From the NCBI GenBank assembly GCA_040285855.1, contig JAUFOQ010000016.1:1736001-1800000 (forward strand): a DNA stretch of 64,000 nucleotides, in the 5' to 3' direction. The translations under genes were made by a program, and so were the position numbers. The notes beneath the pieces were generated by a model. It searched no databases, had not been told where the DNA came from, and was given only the letters and a program-made list of their open reading frames with translations. The DNA is from Eukaryota sp. GEM-RC1. Taxonomy: Eukaryota. Shown piece by piece: positions 49,826-62,942 of this stretch. Each line of letters begins with the position of its first letter. Position 1 is the stretch's first letter.

Positions 49826-52319
49826 ATGTCCACCAACATAACTCCTCTTCATTACACTCTCTTCTTTGATCCCAACTTTGATGACTTCACTTTCACTGTT
49901 GAGACACGATTGTGTTGTACAGTTGACTCTCCTGCTACCACGATTCATCTTCATTCTCTCGAACTAGAGTACCTCGAACAACCAACCATCCACACAGAGT
50001 CAACTTCTTTCAACTGTGCATACACTACTAACGATAAGTCTGAACTTGTAACCTTATCTCTCCCAGAGGAAATCGAACCTCAAGAAATCACGATCCACCT
50101 CAAGTGCAAAGCGATCCTCAATGATAACATGCAAGGGTTCTATCGATCTTCCTATATGTACAATGACGAGAAGCATTGGATCGCATCCACCCAATTCGAA
50201 GCAGTTGACGCTCGAAGAGCGTTTCCCGCATTGATGATCCTGCTAAAAAAGGCCAAGTTTTCAGTTGGTTGCTCAGCTCCAAAAGGGTTCACTGCCCTCT
50301 CCAACCAACCTATTCTCGAAGTTCAACACAAAGAGGATAAAGACATTTACTACTTTGATGAACTCCAGCTCACGCCCACTTACCTGGTAGCCATCGCCAT
50401 TGGTGAATTCGAGTATATTGAGACAAAACTCCGTGATGACCGCCCTGTACGATGTTACTGCCGCCTAGGACAAAAGAATAAGTTGGACTTTGCTTTAGAT
50501 GTAGCTAAGAGAAGTCTTGAATGGTTTGAAGACTACTTTGGAATTAAATATCAAGGCAAGAAGATGGATCTCCTGGCTATCCCTAGCTTTAACTACGGAG
50601 CTATGGAAAACACTGGACTGGAGACCTACAGAGAAACATGTCTCTTCTGTGATCCCATTTCCCCTTCAATTCAGTCTCAACAGAGAGTAGCCATGGTTAT
50701 TTGCCACGAGCATTCCCACCAATGGTTCGGGAACTACGCCAGTTTAAGTTCTTTCAAGTACCTCTATGTTAATGAAGCCTTTGCTGAGTATCTTGGGTTT
50801 TTGTGTGCTGCTAATCTGTTCCCAGAGTGGAACTATACCGATACTATGGCTGCTGAGACGATTCTACCAGCAATGAAGCTTGATGCTCTGAGTAGCAGTC
50901 ATCCTATTGAAGTGGAGCTCAATCATCCACGTGAGATTGATGAGATTTTTGACCATATCACGTATCTTAAAGGTTGTTCTCTAGTTCGTATGATTGCTGC
51001 CTACATGGGAGAAGATGGCTTCAGAAAGTCTCTCTCTAACTTTCTCTCCACATATGCCTTCTCCAACGCTAACTCCGAACAGCTTTGGTCTTGCTTCTCA
51101 ACTGACGACAACAACTTGGTTGATTTAATGAAGACATGGGTTACCCAGAAAGGATTTCCTCACGTCCGAGTATCTAAGTTGACCAGCAGGGTTTGTCTAC
51201 GTCAGGAGGCTTTTAAAGGAAAAGAGAAGACGTTGTGGCCAATTCCTTTGAAGTTGGTTATTCGAAATAAAGAAGGGGCTCAGTTGTTTGAGAAGGCAAT
51301 CATTTTAGATGATGATTTGGCTTTGATTGATTTTCCTGATTTGGAAAGTGATCATGTGTTGATTGTTAATCCAGATAAAAGTTCTTTTGCAGGGTTGAAT
51401 ATGCTCCTGAACTTCGATCAAATTTGATGAACTCGCCTCATGCTTTGTCATCAGTTGATATGCTTTCAATCACTGATGACGTGTACAATATTTCCAAAAA
51501 TAATGGCAAAATGTCTTCATTTAAGAAAGTTGTTGATTGTTTTATTGACTTCATAACAGCAGAACAAAAATGGACAGTCATCACGCTGTGATTGAAGCAA
51601 TCACTTCAGAACTATCAGAATTGATTGCCTTACTGGAACCTTCCATTCTTGTTCCTCTCTTCGGTGACGTGCTACTTTCCATTTTGAATTCCATTGGATA
51701 CACTGGCGGATCCCTTCTTTTTGGTACCATTAGAAACTCTGTAATGAGACTCTTGGTTCAATTGGGCGATGAGTCAGTCATTGCTAAATGCCTTTCTCTA
51801 TTTGAAGAGGAGTCAATTGACGCTGACATTAAAGTAGCGGTGTACACTGCATTTGGACTTCAATCAATGGAAAATTTCAAAAAGTTGATGGGTATGACTA
51901 AAAGTGCCAGCGATGACGCCCTTGAAACCTCAAGACTTCTTCGTTCTCTTGGTCACGCTGCTGATACTACTGAGAAGGTTGAGCTTTTATGGGAGTTTTC
52001 TCTTTCCGACAATGTCCGGAGTCAGGATTGGACTATTCCTATGAGATCTCTTGGATCAAGACATGGTACTGGTACCACTCTTTGGCGCCTGTTCTCCTCT
52101 CAGTTTGATTCTCTCTTGAATACTATACCCCAATCTATTCTTACTTCAGGTTTCTCGTCCATGTTCGATAGTTTAACTGATAGTGATGTTGTAGAGGAAA
52201 TGAAAGTGTTTTTCACTGGCAAAGAGTTGCCCTTCATGAGGATGACTATTCCTCAGGTTGTTGAGAGGGTAAGTGTTAACATTGAATTTGTTGATCGATT
52301 TGTCTCTGAACAAGTTTAA
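49826..52319 (+). CDS. M1 family (puromycin-sensitive-like) aminopeptidase, frameshifted
   Basis: STQFEAVDARRAFP, GAMEN, HEHSHQWFGN...NEAFA, IFDHITYLKG and an ERAP1-like C-terminus. Confidence 0.93.
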
Positions 52320-52452
52320 AATAGTAACATGTTTGAAACAAATAAACTGTGAGTACAATTTTTACATTCGATTTTCTACTAGATATTATTAGGGAACCAG
52401 AATCTCAAATAATGTCCCCATAAATGTGACTACGTGAGATAGTTTCACCTCT

Positions 52453-52886
52453 CGACTGTTGATCCTTGCAATTCAAGATCAATTTCCAAAATTTTTGATG
52501 ATGATTTTTCTGCTCTTGAAGTGGCTGAAAAAGGAAAAAATACAAAGTACTGTCACTTAATTAACCAATTGAATGTTGACAGGTACAATTCTTTTGTGTT
52601 TCAACCTTTTGCGATGTCGATATACGGTAATATTGGACCAGCTGCACAAGGTTTTTTAACTTCCCTTTGGTAAATTGTGTTCTGAGTACGGTAAAGTTTT
52701 CAAGGAAAATTTTTGGTTGAGTAGGTTAACGTTTGCGTTGTTTCGTTCAATGCACAGATATTTTAATTCAATTTTAGGTAAGTTGTTCGGTGATGGACAG
52801 AAGGATCATAGTTTAGATACTTTAGTTAGTGTCTGTTAGTTATTGACTTCTGCAAATGCATTTATTTCACTGACTGATCATAAACC
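52453..52886 (+). mobile_element. 5'-truncated copy of RLE retrotransposon family B
   Basis: Near-identical to 58963-59396, ending GATCATAAACC. Confidence 0.85.
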
Positions 52887-53253
52887 TTGTGAAAGCATCT
52901 CAAATTGTCGTTGTACTCTGAGTTTGGAAGTGTTCCATGAGTACTTGTGGTCCAGTACTAACGAAAACTGATCAAGCTTTCAAGAGTCCGTGGAAAACGT
53001 ACAAGCATGTTTCAATCCAGCCGTGGGTTGTTGCTACTATTCGTATACGCAGTACACCTCAGAAAAATAGTTGCTGTATTATGAATTGTCAGGACAAATT
53101 CACAAGAGCGCTTTTTAAAAGGGTAAGACAAAAATAGACTCAGTGAAGCTCAATCTGAAGTGAGACTGACTGTTTCTTGAAGATTCTAGGTGTTTAGCTT
53201 TTTATGTTGAACACAACCCAAAATTTAATTTTTTCACTCACACGGATATACTG

Positions 53254-53463
53254 ATGTCTGACACTACTATTCTTCTTCCTGATGGGATCAAAATCTGCCC
53301 AGGGTGTGGCGAAGGGATAGAAAAAGACGGTGGATGTGATCATGTAACCTGCAGATGTGCTTGTGAATTCTGCTGGCAATGCTTAGGATTATACAATGGG
53401 ACAAACGGAATCAGAACTCTCGGTAACAAAGCACACGCCAATAACTGTCGTCATTTTAGTTGA
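53254..53463 (+). pseudogene. RBR E3 ligase RING2 (Rcat) fragment
   Basis: CPGC..IEKDGGCDHVTCRCACEFCWQC. The upstream region is degenerate. Confidence 0.65.
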
Positions 53464-54103
53464 CTTTTGTGTGATTAAGTGTAGAGTTCCTCTCTTTCCA
53501 ACCCATTCTTGTCACGATGTTGTAGAAGTTGTTGATACTCTTCGTTTGCTACACTTGCTGTTGACAAACAATTGAAGAGCTGTAATGATAAATATACGAT
53601 TACGTGAATGGTTTCATCTTATTTCGAATTCATTGTTTCCTCTTAAAGGACTCTATTAAAAAATCAGGAAATTGAATATATTAACTACTGCACATGGGTT
53701 TATTGAAATTGACATCTACAACATGAAGCTAATTATTGAATAACACAACAAGCAATGCATTACATCTATTTATTCCAATTCACATTTACAATGGGAATAA
53801 ACTTCAAGATCACAACGAAGTCATTTTGTTTAAAGAGTGAGCATAATAAGAAAAACAACAATTAAGAAGGAGTATTAGTGCTACTCTATGCAAAGTAGAA
53901 TCCAGAAAGTCATTATGTGTATTTTAAAGTACTTTGAAAACAGCAATCAATTGAATTTCTGACAAAAATGAGTAATCCCGATTACTGTTTTGATTGATCG
54001 ATCGTCAGTTTAACAGTTTATAGGATTCCCAACTATAACCAGCACATCCTTTCTCTGTCACTAAAAAACCAGTAAAACGGTTTTCGAAAACGATCACAAT
54101 ATA

Positions 54104-57100
54104 TTACCTTTTTCGTAATAAATTCAAAAATCCGGTCCAAACAGTTAGAAACGCGTTACACGTGGAGGAAACTAATCCCTCCGGCTGATTACCATCAATA
54201 ATACCAACAACGTCATCAGAAGAGGTCAGAAAGGTTCTCAACCTTCCTAAAAGGGAAAATGCCTTCATCAAATTCATAACGTGAGTTCTTGTAGGGGCAT
54301 AGTGAAATGAGGCTTCCTCACCAAAATTTTTCAATTTTTCAAAAGGTTTGAAGGCTATTTCAAGATCATAAATGGCAAAGGAATTAATTAATTCAAATAG
54401 CGAACCCGTGCTAAAAACATGACTAACGCTATTAACGATGTTACGGGACGGTATCCAGGAAAAATTTAAAATAATTGAAGAAATTTTCAGTCTCGACAAC
54501 TTACTTGGTGAATCTTCACTATCATCGGTATGTGAAGACTCAGACTTTCTAGACAAATTTAAACATCTATAAAAGACTAATAAAAATTCAATTAATTCAT
54601 CGGATACACTGACAGAAAACGGAGAAATTTGAAAATGTACAGAATATTCACCATTTAGTATTAAAATTTCACATGATAGCGCTCCCAAATCAGAACTGAT
54701 CGATTGAGTGGGGCACGACAAAATTTGAAAATTTTTGGAATGTATACAGCTGTTGGCAGATATTCTGGAAATTGAAAAATTGAAAACCTTAGGGGATAGA
54801 GGATCAAACACTTGGAACGTCAGTTTTGGTCGTTCAAGAGTAACAGATACAATATCAGATGATAAAAATTTTAAATTTCCCAAGAAAGGTATTGACTTAA
54901 CAACCTCAGAAAAATTTTCAATACCAGAAACATTTGGATAACCATGAATAGAAATCAGAATACTGTTGAAATTAAAATTGAGAGCGAAAGTTGGCTTTTT
55001 TAAATTTTGTTCAGATTTTCCTTTGCGAAGCAGATAACAAGAGTCGATCAAATCGAACAAATTCTGATGTCTGGGAGACAATGAGAGGGAATAATTTGAA
55101 TTTTTTAATTTTTTCGATTCGGAAAGCATAAGTGCCGGAACACTAGAAACTGTAGAAGTATCACTTTCTTCGGGCAAAAATTTTGAAATACTAGACTTTT
55201 CCACAAACGATGTAGTAGCTCTCACGTCAACATCGTCTTCTGTTGAACTAGAGGGAAAATCTTTTTTTAACAAATTTAAAATATCAAATACACAATTTAG
55301 AACTGGAATCTGTAAATTCACAAAAGCATGTCCAGAACTTAATGATTTGGCTTCAATTGAAGTGCTTAAAAGAATAAGAATTAATTCGATCTCAGAAAAC
55401 GAGAACAAAATTTTAAAATCATCTTCTATAAGTCTGGATAGACAGTTTGATTGATCATCATGTGTAAAGCGAGAAAAATCAACAGTTAAAAACCCTGAAG
55501 ACTTCACTAGCAAACCGCATGAATTGACTTGGACAGACAATGATGAGCTCAATCCAAGATCAGAAAGGTCAAAAAGACTCGTGATCCTTCAATCAAAAAA
55601 CAAACTGATTGATCTTGACGCTGTGCAAAATTGATAGTCGAAAAACAATCAACTAAAATTATATCAAGATTTAATTTTTGTGGAGGAACTTCAATGGTCA
55701 TCAGTTCAGGACCTGTTGGTTTAAAATATTTAAAAATTCCTGATTCGATCACAAAACTACGATAGAATATTAAAATATCTGAGTAATTGGGTGGATTCAA
55801 AGCAATATTTGAGAGACGCAATCTAATTTGATTGATTGAATGAGAATCCTGATGGACAGAGAGAAATATACATGGAATGGATTTGGTTTCAACAGATTCT
55901 AAAAAGCTGTAGAATAAAGACTGAACATTTGCATTAGAATTGTTAATATTTGAATTGTTAATATTTTTAATATTTGGCGTGTTGGGACCGCTTAAAGGAC
56001 TGGAAAGTGGAGAAACAAACTCTGCTAATTCAGAATCTGAAATATTTGAAACATTCGAGCCATGGTCAGAAAACGAATCGAAAACGGACGGAAAATTTAA
56101 AGTATTCGAGAAGATTTGAATTTGCTTAACCATGAAGAATATAGTAGATTCGCAACTCAAAAACAAATCACAGGTAATATCCGTTAAAACCGTAGTCAAA
56201 TAACTATCAAAACAACCAACACGGAGTTTAAAAGAGCTCAATGACACGTTGACCCAAGTCAAATCAGTGACAATCGAATGAGCTTTACTGTCGTGAATGT
56301 CATTCTCAGAAATAATAGTGTAGAATTTAGATTCATGAGGTCTGGATGCAGAAGGTAAATCTACAGAGACAATAGAATTTAATAAATGCAAGAGATTTGA
56401 AAATTTTGTTCCATTTGAATTATTGATGAAGAATACCGCCTCTGAAATGGAAATCTTTGCTTGTTTTTGCGAATTGTTCTCATAGAAATGTGAAACAGTC
56501 AAAAATGATTGATAATCGGATTCTAATTGTAAAACAGAGGGCGCGTCATCAAATGATTGATGCGAACCAGGACCATCGCAATCACTGTAGACTTTCTGAG
56601 GAGGATATATTGGAACATTTGATTGAAATTGCTTATCATTTGATAGAAACGTCATGTCGACATTGATTTTGTTACAGAAATACCACAAATCCTCGGAATC
56701 TTCTAAAATTGAGTTAAAATCAGAAGTATGGGTCAATCCAACACAAAAATCAAAGGTCAAAATTGATTGGAAAGAGTCAATTGAAGAGGTTAATTGATTC
56801 AATTTGATAAAAGCAAAGTTTCTTGGAGATGAAGGTGAAGATATAAGAAAAACAAAATTATTTAAAAACAATGATATTTTAGCATTAACGGGTTCTGATT
56901 TTGATTGAAGTGATGACGATTTTGACGGAATCAATTGATGAAGAAAGGAAGCATGTTGCAATTTAAAACTTAAAAGAGACAAAAGAGATTGAAACAGTAA
57001 AAGGTTGCGAATTTGAAGAATTGTAGAAGATACAAAAACGTGATTGCAATCAAATTTGATCGATTTGTCGTGAATAGTTTTTAGTGATAGATCGTCTACC

Positions 57101-58131
57101 TCTAAAACGAGAGTTGAATTAAATTGAATCGTAACTGTGGAAACTTGCAAATCGAAATTCTGGGTGGAGTGTGAAATTAAAATTTTGGGACAGTTTAAAA
57201 TTCCTCCAAAGCAATCAGCTAAGCCGAATGAAACGGTACAATCAATAATTGTGACCTGAAATTCAAACATTAGATTGCTTATAGAATCGAACGATTCTGC
57301 AACTACGTCAAAATCTTCATTGTCTAAAATTTTGGAATATTTTAATAACTCAGAATCTGTCAAACAAACCGAGACAATATCCGGAGCAAAATCAGAATCA
57401 AAAAGTTCCCAATCTGTAAAAAAGGAGGACAAAAAATCAACAAAATTTAAAACATTGGTGGATAAACAGAATTCCAGAGCTACACCAGCAACAGTTGTAT
57501 CAACCTTAAACAATGAGTTTTGAAAAGAAAAAAGACATTCCAGTGACATAATATTTAAAATATTGAAGGAAATAGAATTAGATTGTGCACTAAGTTGAAT
57601 TTTGGAGATCTCCAATTTTTTGAAAAAATGGTGAACACTTGATTGTGTGAGTAATTGTGGCATAATAGACAGGCGATTCATTGAACACTCAATCAGATTT
57701 GATTGACACGGTGACACCATTGATAAAACTAAGCCATCTATTTCAACAATTGAGACCGAAGCAAGTTTCTGGAGAAGAGATTCAATGAGAGGACTAAGAA
57801 AAGAGAGAATACCAGAAGAATCGAAAGCATCATCCGAAGACACATCATCCGGTGTGGAATTGAAGAGAGAAAACAAGGAGGAAGTGGGTGAAGCAGAGAT
57901 AGCGATATCTTTGATGAATAGAGATGTTTTCAGGATGTTAACTTGGAGAAGAGAGCATTTAACACTGTGGAAGTGGAAAGGGAGGTTTAGAGTGTTCAGC
58001 CAATTCACATCAAGTTCGGCGTCAGAAATGGAAACTTTGCCAGTAAAAGAAGCAGAGACAGACTGAGGTGCACATGGATTGATGAATGGAAGTCGTTTAA
58101 GTATGTATGTCAGAAGCATAGCAAAGAGCAA
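54104..58131 (-). CDS. Divergent ATG2-like (chorein family) lipid-transfer protein, frameshift near 55550
   Basis: Chorein-N-like start (LLTYILKR...ISDAELDVNWLN..LPF), beta-rich body and ATG2-like C-terminal ILNFSWIP...LFELIN. Confidence 0.6.
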
Positions 58132-58309
58132 GGAGCATTATTTGAACAAAGATGTCTGAATGAATGTTCGCAATTTGCTTGACAATATACTATGATAGTA
58201 TATTGCACTTCAATACCACGATTGCTGAAACGTAGCAACTGCAGCTTTACAACAATTACATCAGTAATCGTGTTCTCATTAACATCTGATTTGGTTCAAA
58301 GAAAACTTC

Positions 58310-58502
58310 AAAATTTGGGTTGAAGAAGTTAACGTTTGCGCTGTTTTGTGCCATGCATAGATATTTTAACTCGATATTAGATAAGTTGTTTGGTGAAGGA
58401 CACAAGGATCATAGTTCAGATACTTTAGTTAGTGTTTTTAGTTATTATTTTGCTGTACAATGTATATTGCAGTAGTTATTTCACTGGGTTGATCATAAAC
58501 CG
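58310..58502 (+). mobile_element. Diverged 3' fragment of RLE family B
   Basis: Similar to 59215-59396 (TTAACGTTTGCG...AAGGATCATAGTT...GATCATAAACC). Confidence 0.7.
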
Positions 58503-58769
58503 CGTTCTGTATCTATGTATTGACTTAAAATGCGTATAAAGTGAACTACTCTTACCATAAGCCCTTCTAAACTTCGTACCTAATTCTGACCACAAATTTT
58601 GGAAACAAAGTGTAAAGTTCCTATCAGCACAATAACCAAAATTTGCTTGTAGAGAATCTAACCCCAAGGCTAAGGAGATGATTGTCTTTAAAAGCCTCGT
58701 CACAAGATCTTACACCAGTGATTGATAAGGCTGGTAGAATGACTGCACTTCGAATCATCAAATCGATTA

Positions 58770-59396
58770 AATCGATATTCATTTTCGATCAATTATTCAC
58801 AACAGTATCCGAGATACATGTTTGGATAAGTTTAAGGCTAATGGTTTTCATGGAAAAATTGAACCTTTACTTGCTAATCTTTCTGATCAGCCAAAAGTTG
58901 ATAGAAGTCGTGGTGATTTGATTGGTCCTTGGTTATCTTGTCAGGAAATTATCATGGATTTCACGACTGTTGATCCTTGTAATTCAAGATCAATTTCAAA
59001 AATTTTTGATGATGATTTTTCGGCTCTTGAAGTGGCTGAAAAAGGAAAAAATACAAAGTACTGTCACTTAATTAACCAATTGAATGTTGACAGGTACAAT
59101 TCTTTTGTGTTTCAACCTTTTGCGATGTCGATATACGGTAATATTGGACCAGCTGCACAAGGTTTTTTAACTTCCTTTGGTAAATTGTGTTCTGAGTATG
59201 GTAAAGTTTTCAATGAAAATTTTTGGTTGAGTAGGTTAACGTTTGCGTTGTTTCGTTCAATGCACAGATATTTTAATTCAATTTTAGGTAAGTTGTTCGG
59301 TGATGGACAGAAGGATCATAGTTTAGATACTTTAGTTAGTGTCTGTTAGTTATTAACTTCTGCAAATGCATTTATTTCACTGACTGATCATAAACC
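58770..59396 (+). mobile_element. 5'-truncated RLE retrotransposon family B
   Basis: HNSIRD, IEPLL, RGDL..IMDFTTVD..KNTKY and PFAMSIYG, a restriction-like endonuclease homologous to the family A C-terminus. Confidence 0.85.
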
Positions 59397-59432
59397 CCGT
59401 TTTTTTTTCAAATCGAACTAATTTCTTTCTAG

Positions 59433-61383
59433 ATGTCTGATAATCTTCGATATGCAGACCAAAAACCAAAATCTGATACCAAATCCATGTCGTTCCCAGA
59501 TCAAATTGATCCCATTGCTCCCTGCATTGAGAAGCCGATACTGTCTTCTACTGTCCCACCATTGCCCCTTCATCATTCTATCACAGAACGCCCTAAAGAA
59601 GGAAAGAAGTGTCTACAATTTCAGCAATCTTTGCTGGTTTTGATTCATCTTCACTTGTTACGACGTTATGTGAAGTCTTTTCTTGATGCCAATCATTCAC
59701 ACTCCAATCCTCGTTCACTTAAATCATTAGTTCTAAATATACACCAAGACCTCATTCCATTCTTTAAGAAAGTTGGCTTTGTCAGCGATCGTTTCATGGA
59801 ATCTTCCCTTCTGGCAGCAAAGTTGTTTGTTGAGACAACCACGTTTCCTGTTATACCTAACGATCTTTGTCAACTTGTCTCTTTGGCCTCCTTCTTTGGA
59901 ACACGTGTTCAGTCTATATTCTTGAAGGTAGACGATACCTTTAAAGCACGTGATTTTCTTTGCTATTCAGAAATCATTTCCGGATTGGAACTTAATTTAA
60001 AAAAATCCAAAAGACTTGGAATTTCTGAATAAGTCTTCTCTTTTCTTTCCAAATCTAGAGAAAATCCATGCACGTGTTCACTATTCTGTTTTTATGTTAC
60101 TGATGGAATTGTTAAACAATAATGAGACAGTGACAAGTATTGACCTCAGTTGGAACTCTATTGGATTTGAAGGTGCTAAAGTATTGGCTGAGACATTAAA
60201 AGTTAATACTACTTTGCGGTTTATTAACCTGTGGAACAATGATCTGGAAAATGAAGGTGCTAGTGTACTGGCAGACGCTTTGAAAGTCAATACCGCATTA
60301 ACACGTATTCAGCTCACTGAAAACTATATTGAAGCTGAAGGTGCTAGAGATTTGGCAGAAGCTTTAAAAGTTAATACTACAGTTATAAGTGTTAATCTGT
60401 GGAACAATGATATTACAGATGAAGGTGCTAGAGATTTTGCAGAAGCTTTAAAAGTTAATGGTACCTTGACCAATCTGGTCCTGAGTGGAAATGCTATTGG
60501 AAATGAAGGTGCTAGAGCATTAGCAGATGGGTTGAAAGTTAATGCCACAGTCTCAAGTCTTAGTCTAAGTGAAAACTGTATCGACGATGATGGTGCCAAA
60601 GCATTGGCAGAGGCATTAAAAGTCAATAATGTACTAAGAAGTTTGAATCTGTATGGAAACTGTATTAAAAATGAAGGTGCTATAGCATTGGCAGATGCAT
60701 TAAAAGTCAATACTTCGGTGAACACTATTAACCTATGTGGAAACTCTATCGAAGCTGATGGTGCTATAGCATTGGCAGATGCATTAAAAGTCAATGTTGA
60801 CGTGACAAGTATTGGATTAAGTAGAAATTCTATTAAAGATGACGGTGCCAAAGCTCTGTCTGAAGCGTTGAAAGACAATGTCAGTGTTAAGAATTTTGAT
60901 CTGAACGGAAATTCTATCGGATCGGAAGGTGCTAGAGCGTTGGCAGATGTGTTAAAAGTGAATGTTGTTGTGACATATATCAATCTGTATGACAATTCTA
61001 TCGGAGCGGAAGGTGCTAGAGCATTGGCAGATGCGTTGAAAGTTAATACTACAATTAGAAGTATTAATCTGGCTTACAACTCTATTGGAGCTGAAGGTGC
61101 TCGATCATTAGCAGAGACACTCAAAGTCAATGATACTGTGACAAGTATTAATCTGAGTGGGAACTCTATTGGAGATGAAGGTGCTATAGCATTAGCAGAA
61201 GCTTTGAAGGCCAATGATACAGTGACAACCATTGCTCTGAGATTCAACTCTATTGGAGATGAAGGTACTACAGCTTTGATAGATGCTCTTCAATTCAATA
61301 CTACTGTTGTTAGTTTAGATTTGAGTCAAAACTCATTTGGAGACGAATGTACTAGGTTGTTAACAGAAGCGTTAAAGCTTTGA
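59433..61383 (+). CDS. Ribonuclease-inhibitor-type (NLRC3-like) LRR protein with a lineage-specific N-terminus (frameshift near 60000)
   Basis: About 15 repeats of 28 aa, consensus LxxNxIGxEGAxALAxALKVN. Confidence 0.9.
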
Positions 61384-61540
61384 CAATAAATAACAGAATT
61401 AAAGTCGAGGATACTGTCGTCGTTATGTATTGATTTGTTAACGATTGTTTATATACGTATTTTTCAACATTTCTCAGCTGTGATCAGAAAAAGATATCAA
61501 CTGAGGTAAACACAGGACTAAAAGGGGTATCTCAAATTCT

Positions 61541-62504
61541 ATGCGATTGGCTATAACGGGAGGAACAGGATTCATTGGTCAACGCGTGGTAGCCAAAGCA
61601 GTCCAAAGATACCAAATTACAATGATGAGTAGGGATCCAACCAAAGTAGAACCGCTCAATGAATCTCACAAAATCATACAAGGATGTATTGAATCACTAC
61701 ATGATTGCGTACAAACTTTCAGAGGTTGTGAGGTGGTTCTTCATATGGCAAGTTTAAGTGGCTGGAAAGACATTGGAAGCAAAAGAATCATATCAGATAC
61801 TTTGAATGGAGCGACGAACGTAGCAAAAGCCTGTCTGATCAACAAAGTTCGGAGATTGGTATATATATCATCAGTGGCTGCTGTTGGTTATTCAAAGCAT
61901 CCATCAATACTAGAGCTGGACGAAACATCTTATCTGAAAGAATTTGATGATATGTATTACGCTGAAGCAAAAGTAGAAGCTGAACGATTACTGAAGCAAT
62001 TCTGTTCAGATAATGCCATTGAGCTAATTATTCTATGTCCTGGTGAAGTTTATGGCTCACACGACTACAAGAAGGTAACATGCAAGAACATTGTAGATAT
62101 CATGAATGCAACGATTCCTATAACTGTTAGACGCAGTGGGGTCTCCATATGTCATGTTGATGATGTTGCTATTGCAATAGTAACAGCTATTGAGAAAGGA
62201 AATCCAGGAGAGCGTTATATATTGGGTGGGGATAACCTAACATTGATTGAGTTTGCTTATCAAATTCGACAAATCGCACACAAACCATCATCTGTGATTG
62301 CATTACCATATTTTATTTTGAAATTGATAATGTTCTTTTGTTCGTTAATTTTTGTTCCAAAACCAATTCCCCCCTGCTTTATTGCCATATCTAGGAAAGT
62401 ACTGGTGGACTTCATCTCAAAAGGCAAAACAATATCTTGATTATCGACCACGAAGTGCAGACTTAGTTTTGACCGAAGTTATTTCTTGGCTGCAGTCTTT
62501 GTAA
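61541..62504 (+). CDS. NAD-dependent epimerase/dehydratase (extended SDR, dihydroflavonol-reductase/HpnA-like)
   Basis: TGGTGFIG, YISSVAAVG, YAEAK and GERYILGG. The C-terminus continues after a frameshift near 62370. Confidence 0.88.
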
Positions 62505-62584
62505 TTGATGGTCTAATTTGTAAACGCAATTACCAAATAGTATTTTAATGAGAATACACAAAGGTCTGTCTAATAAATCGAATT

Positions 62585-62942
62585 GTTGTCAAGAGAAACA
62601 AATATGATGAACCACTGACTGCTCTTAAACATATTAGACATGTTGAGTACAAATTATGTCCTTTTGCAATTTCAATTTATGGTCGACTTGGAAGAGATGC
62701 TCTTTGTTTTCTCTCTGATTTTGAGAAAGTTGTCAAAAAGAATGAAAAACAAAATTGATTTCAAATTTTGGTTGAATCGTATTGTTTTTACAATATTTAA
62801 AAGAATTCCTGTCATGATTTCAAAAGCTCTATTAGCTCTCAGTGTTTTTTATGAAGAAAAAGCTGATGTGAGTTTTAATGGCAATGATTGTGGCTTTAAT
62901 GATATTGAGTTCTAGTATTTGTGTTTATTTTAGTGTTTTTGT
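62585..62942 (+). mobile_element. 5'-truncated copy of RLE retrotransposon family A with a target-site duplication
   Basis: Near-identical to ~15651-16009 and flanked by TCTAATAAATCGAATT at 62569-62584 and 62943-62958. Confidence 0.92.

Noticed and set aside
60324..60995. Antisense 223-aa ORF and similar shadows (23632-24030, 29406-29960)
   Set aside because: These are shadow or alternative frames of well-supported genes.
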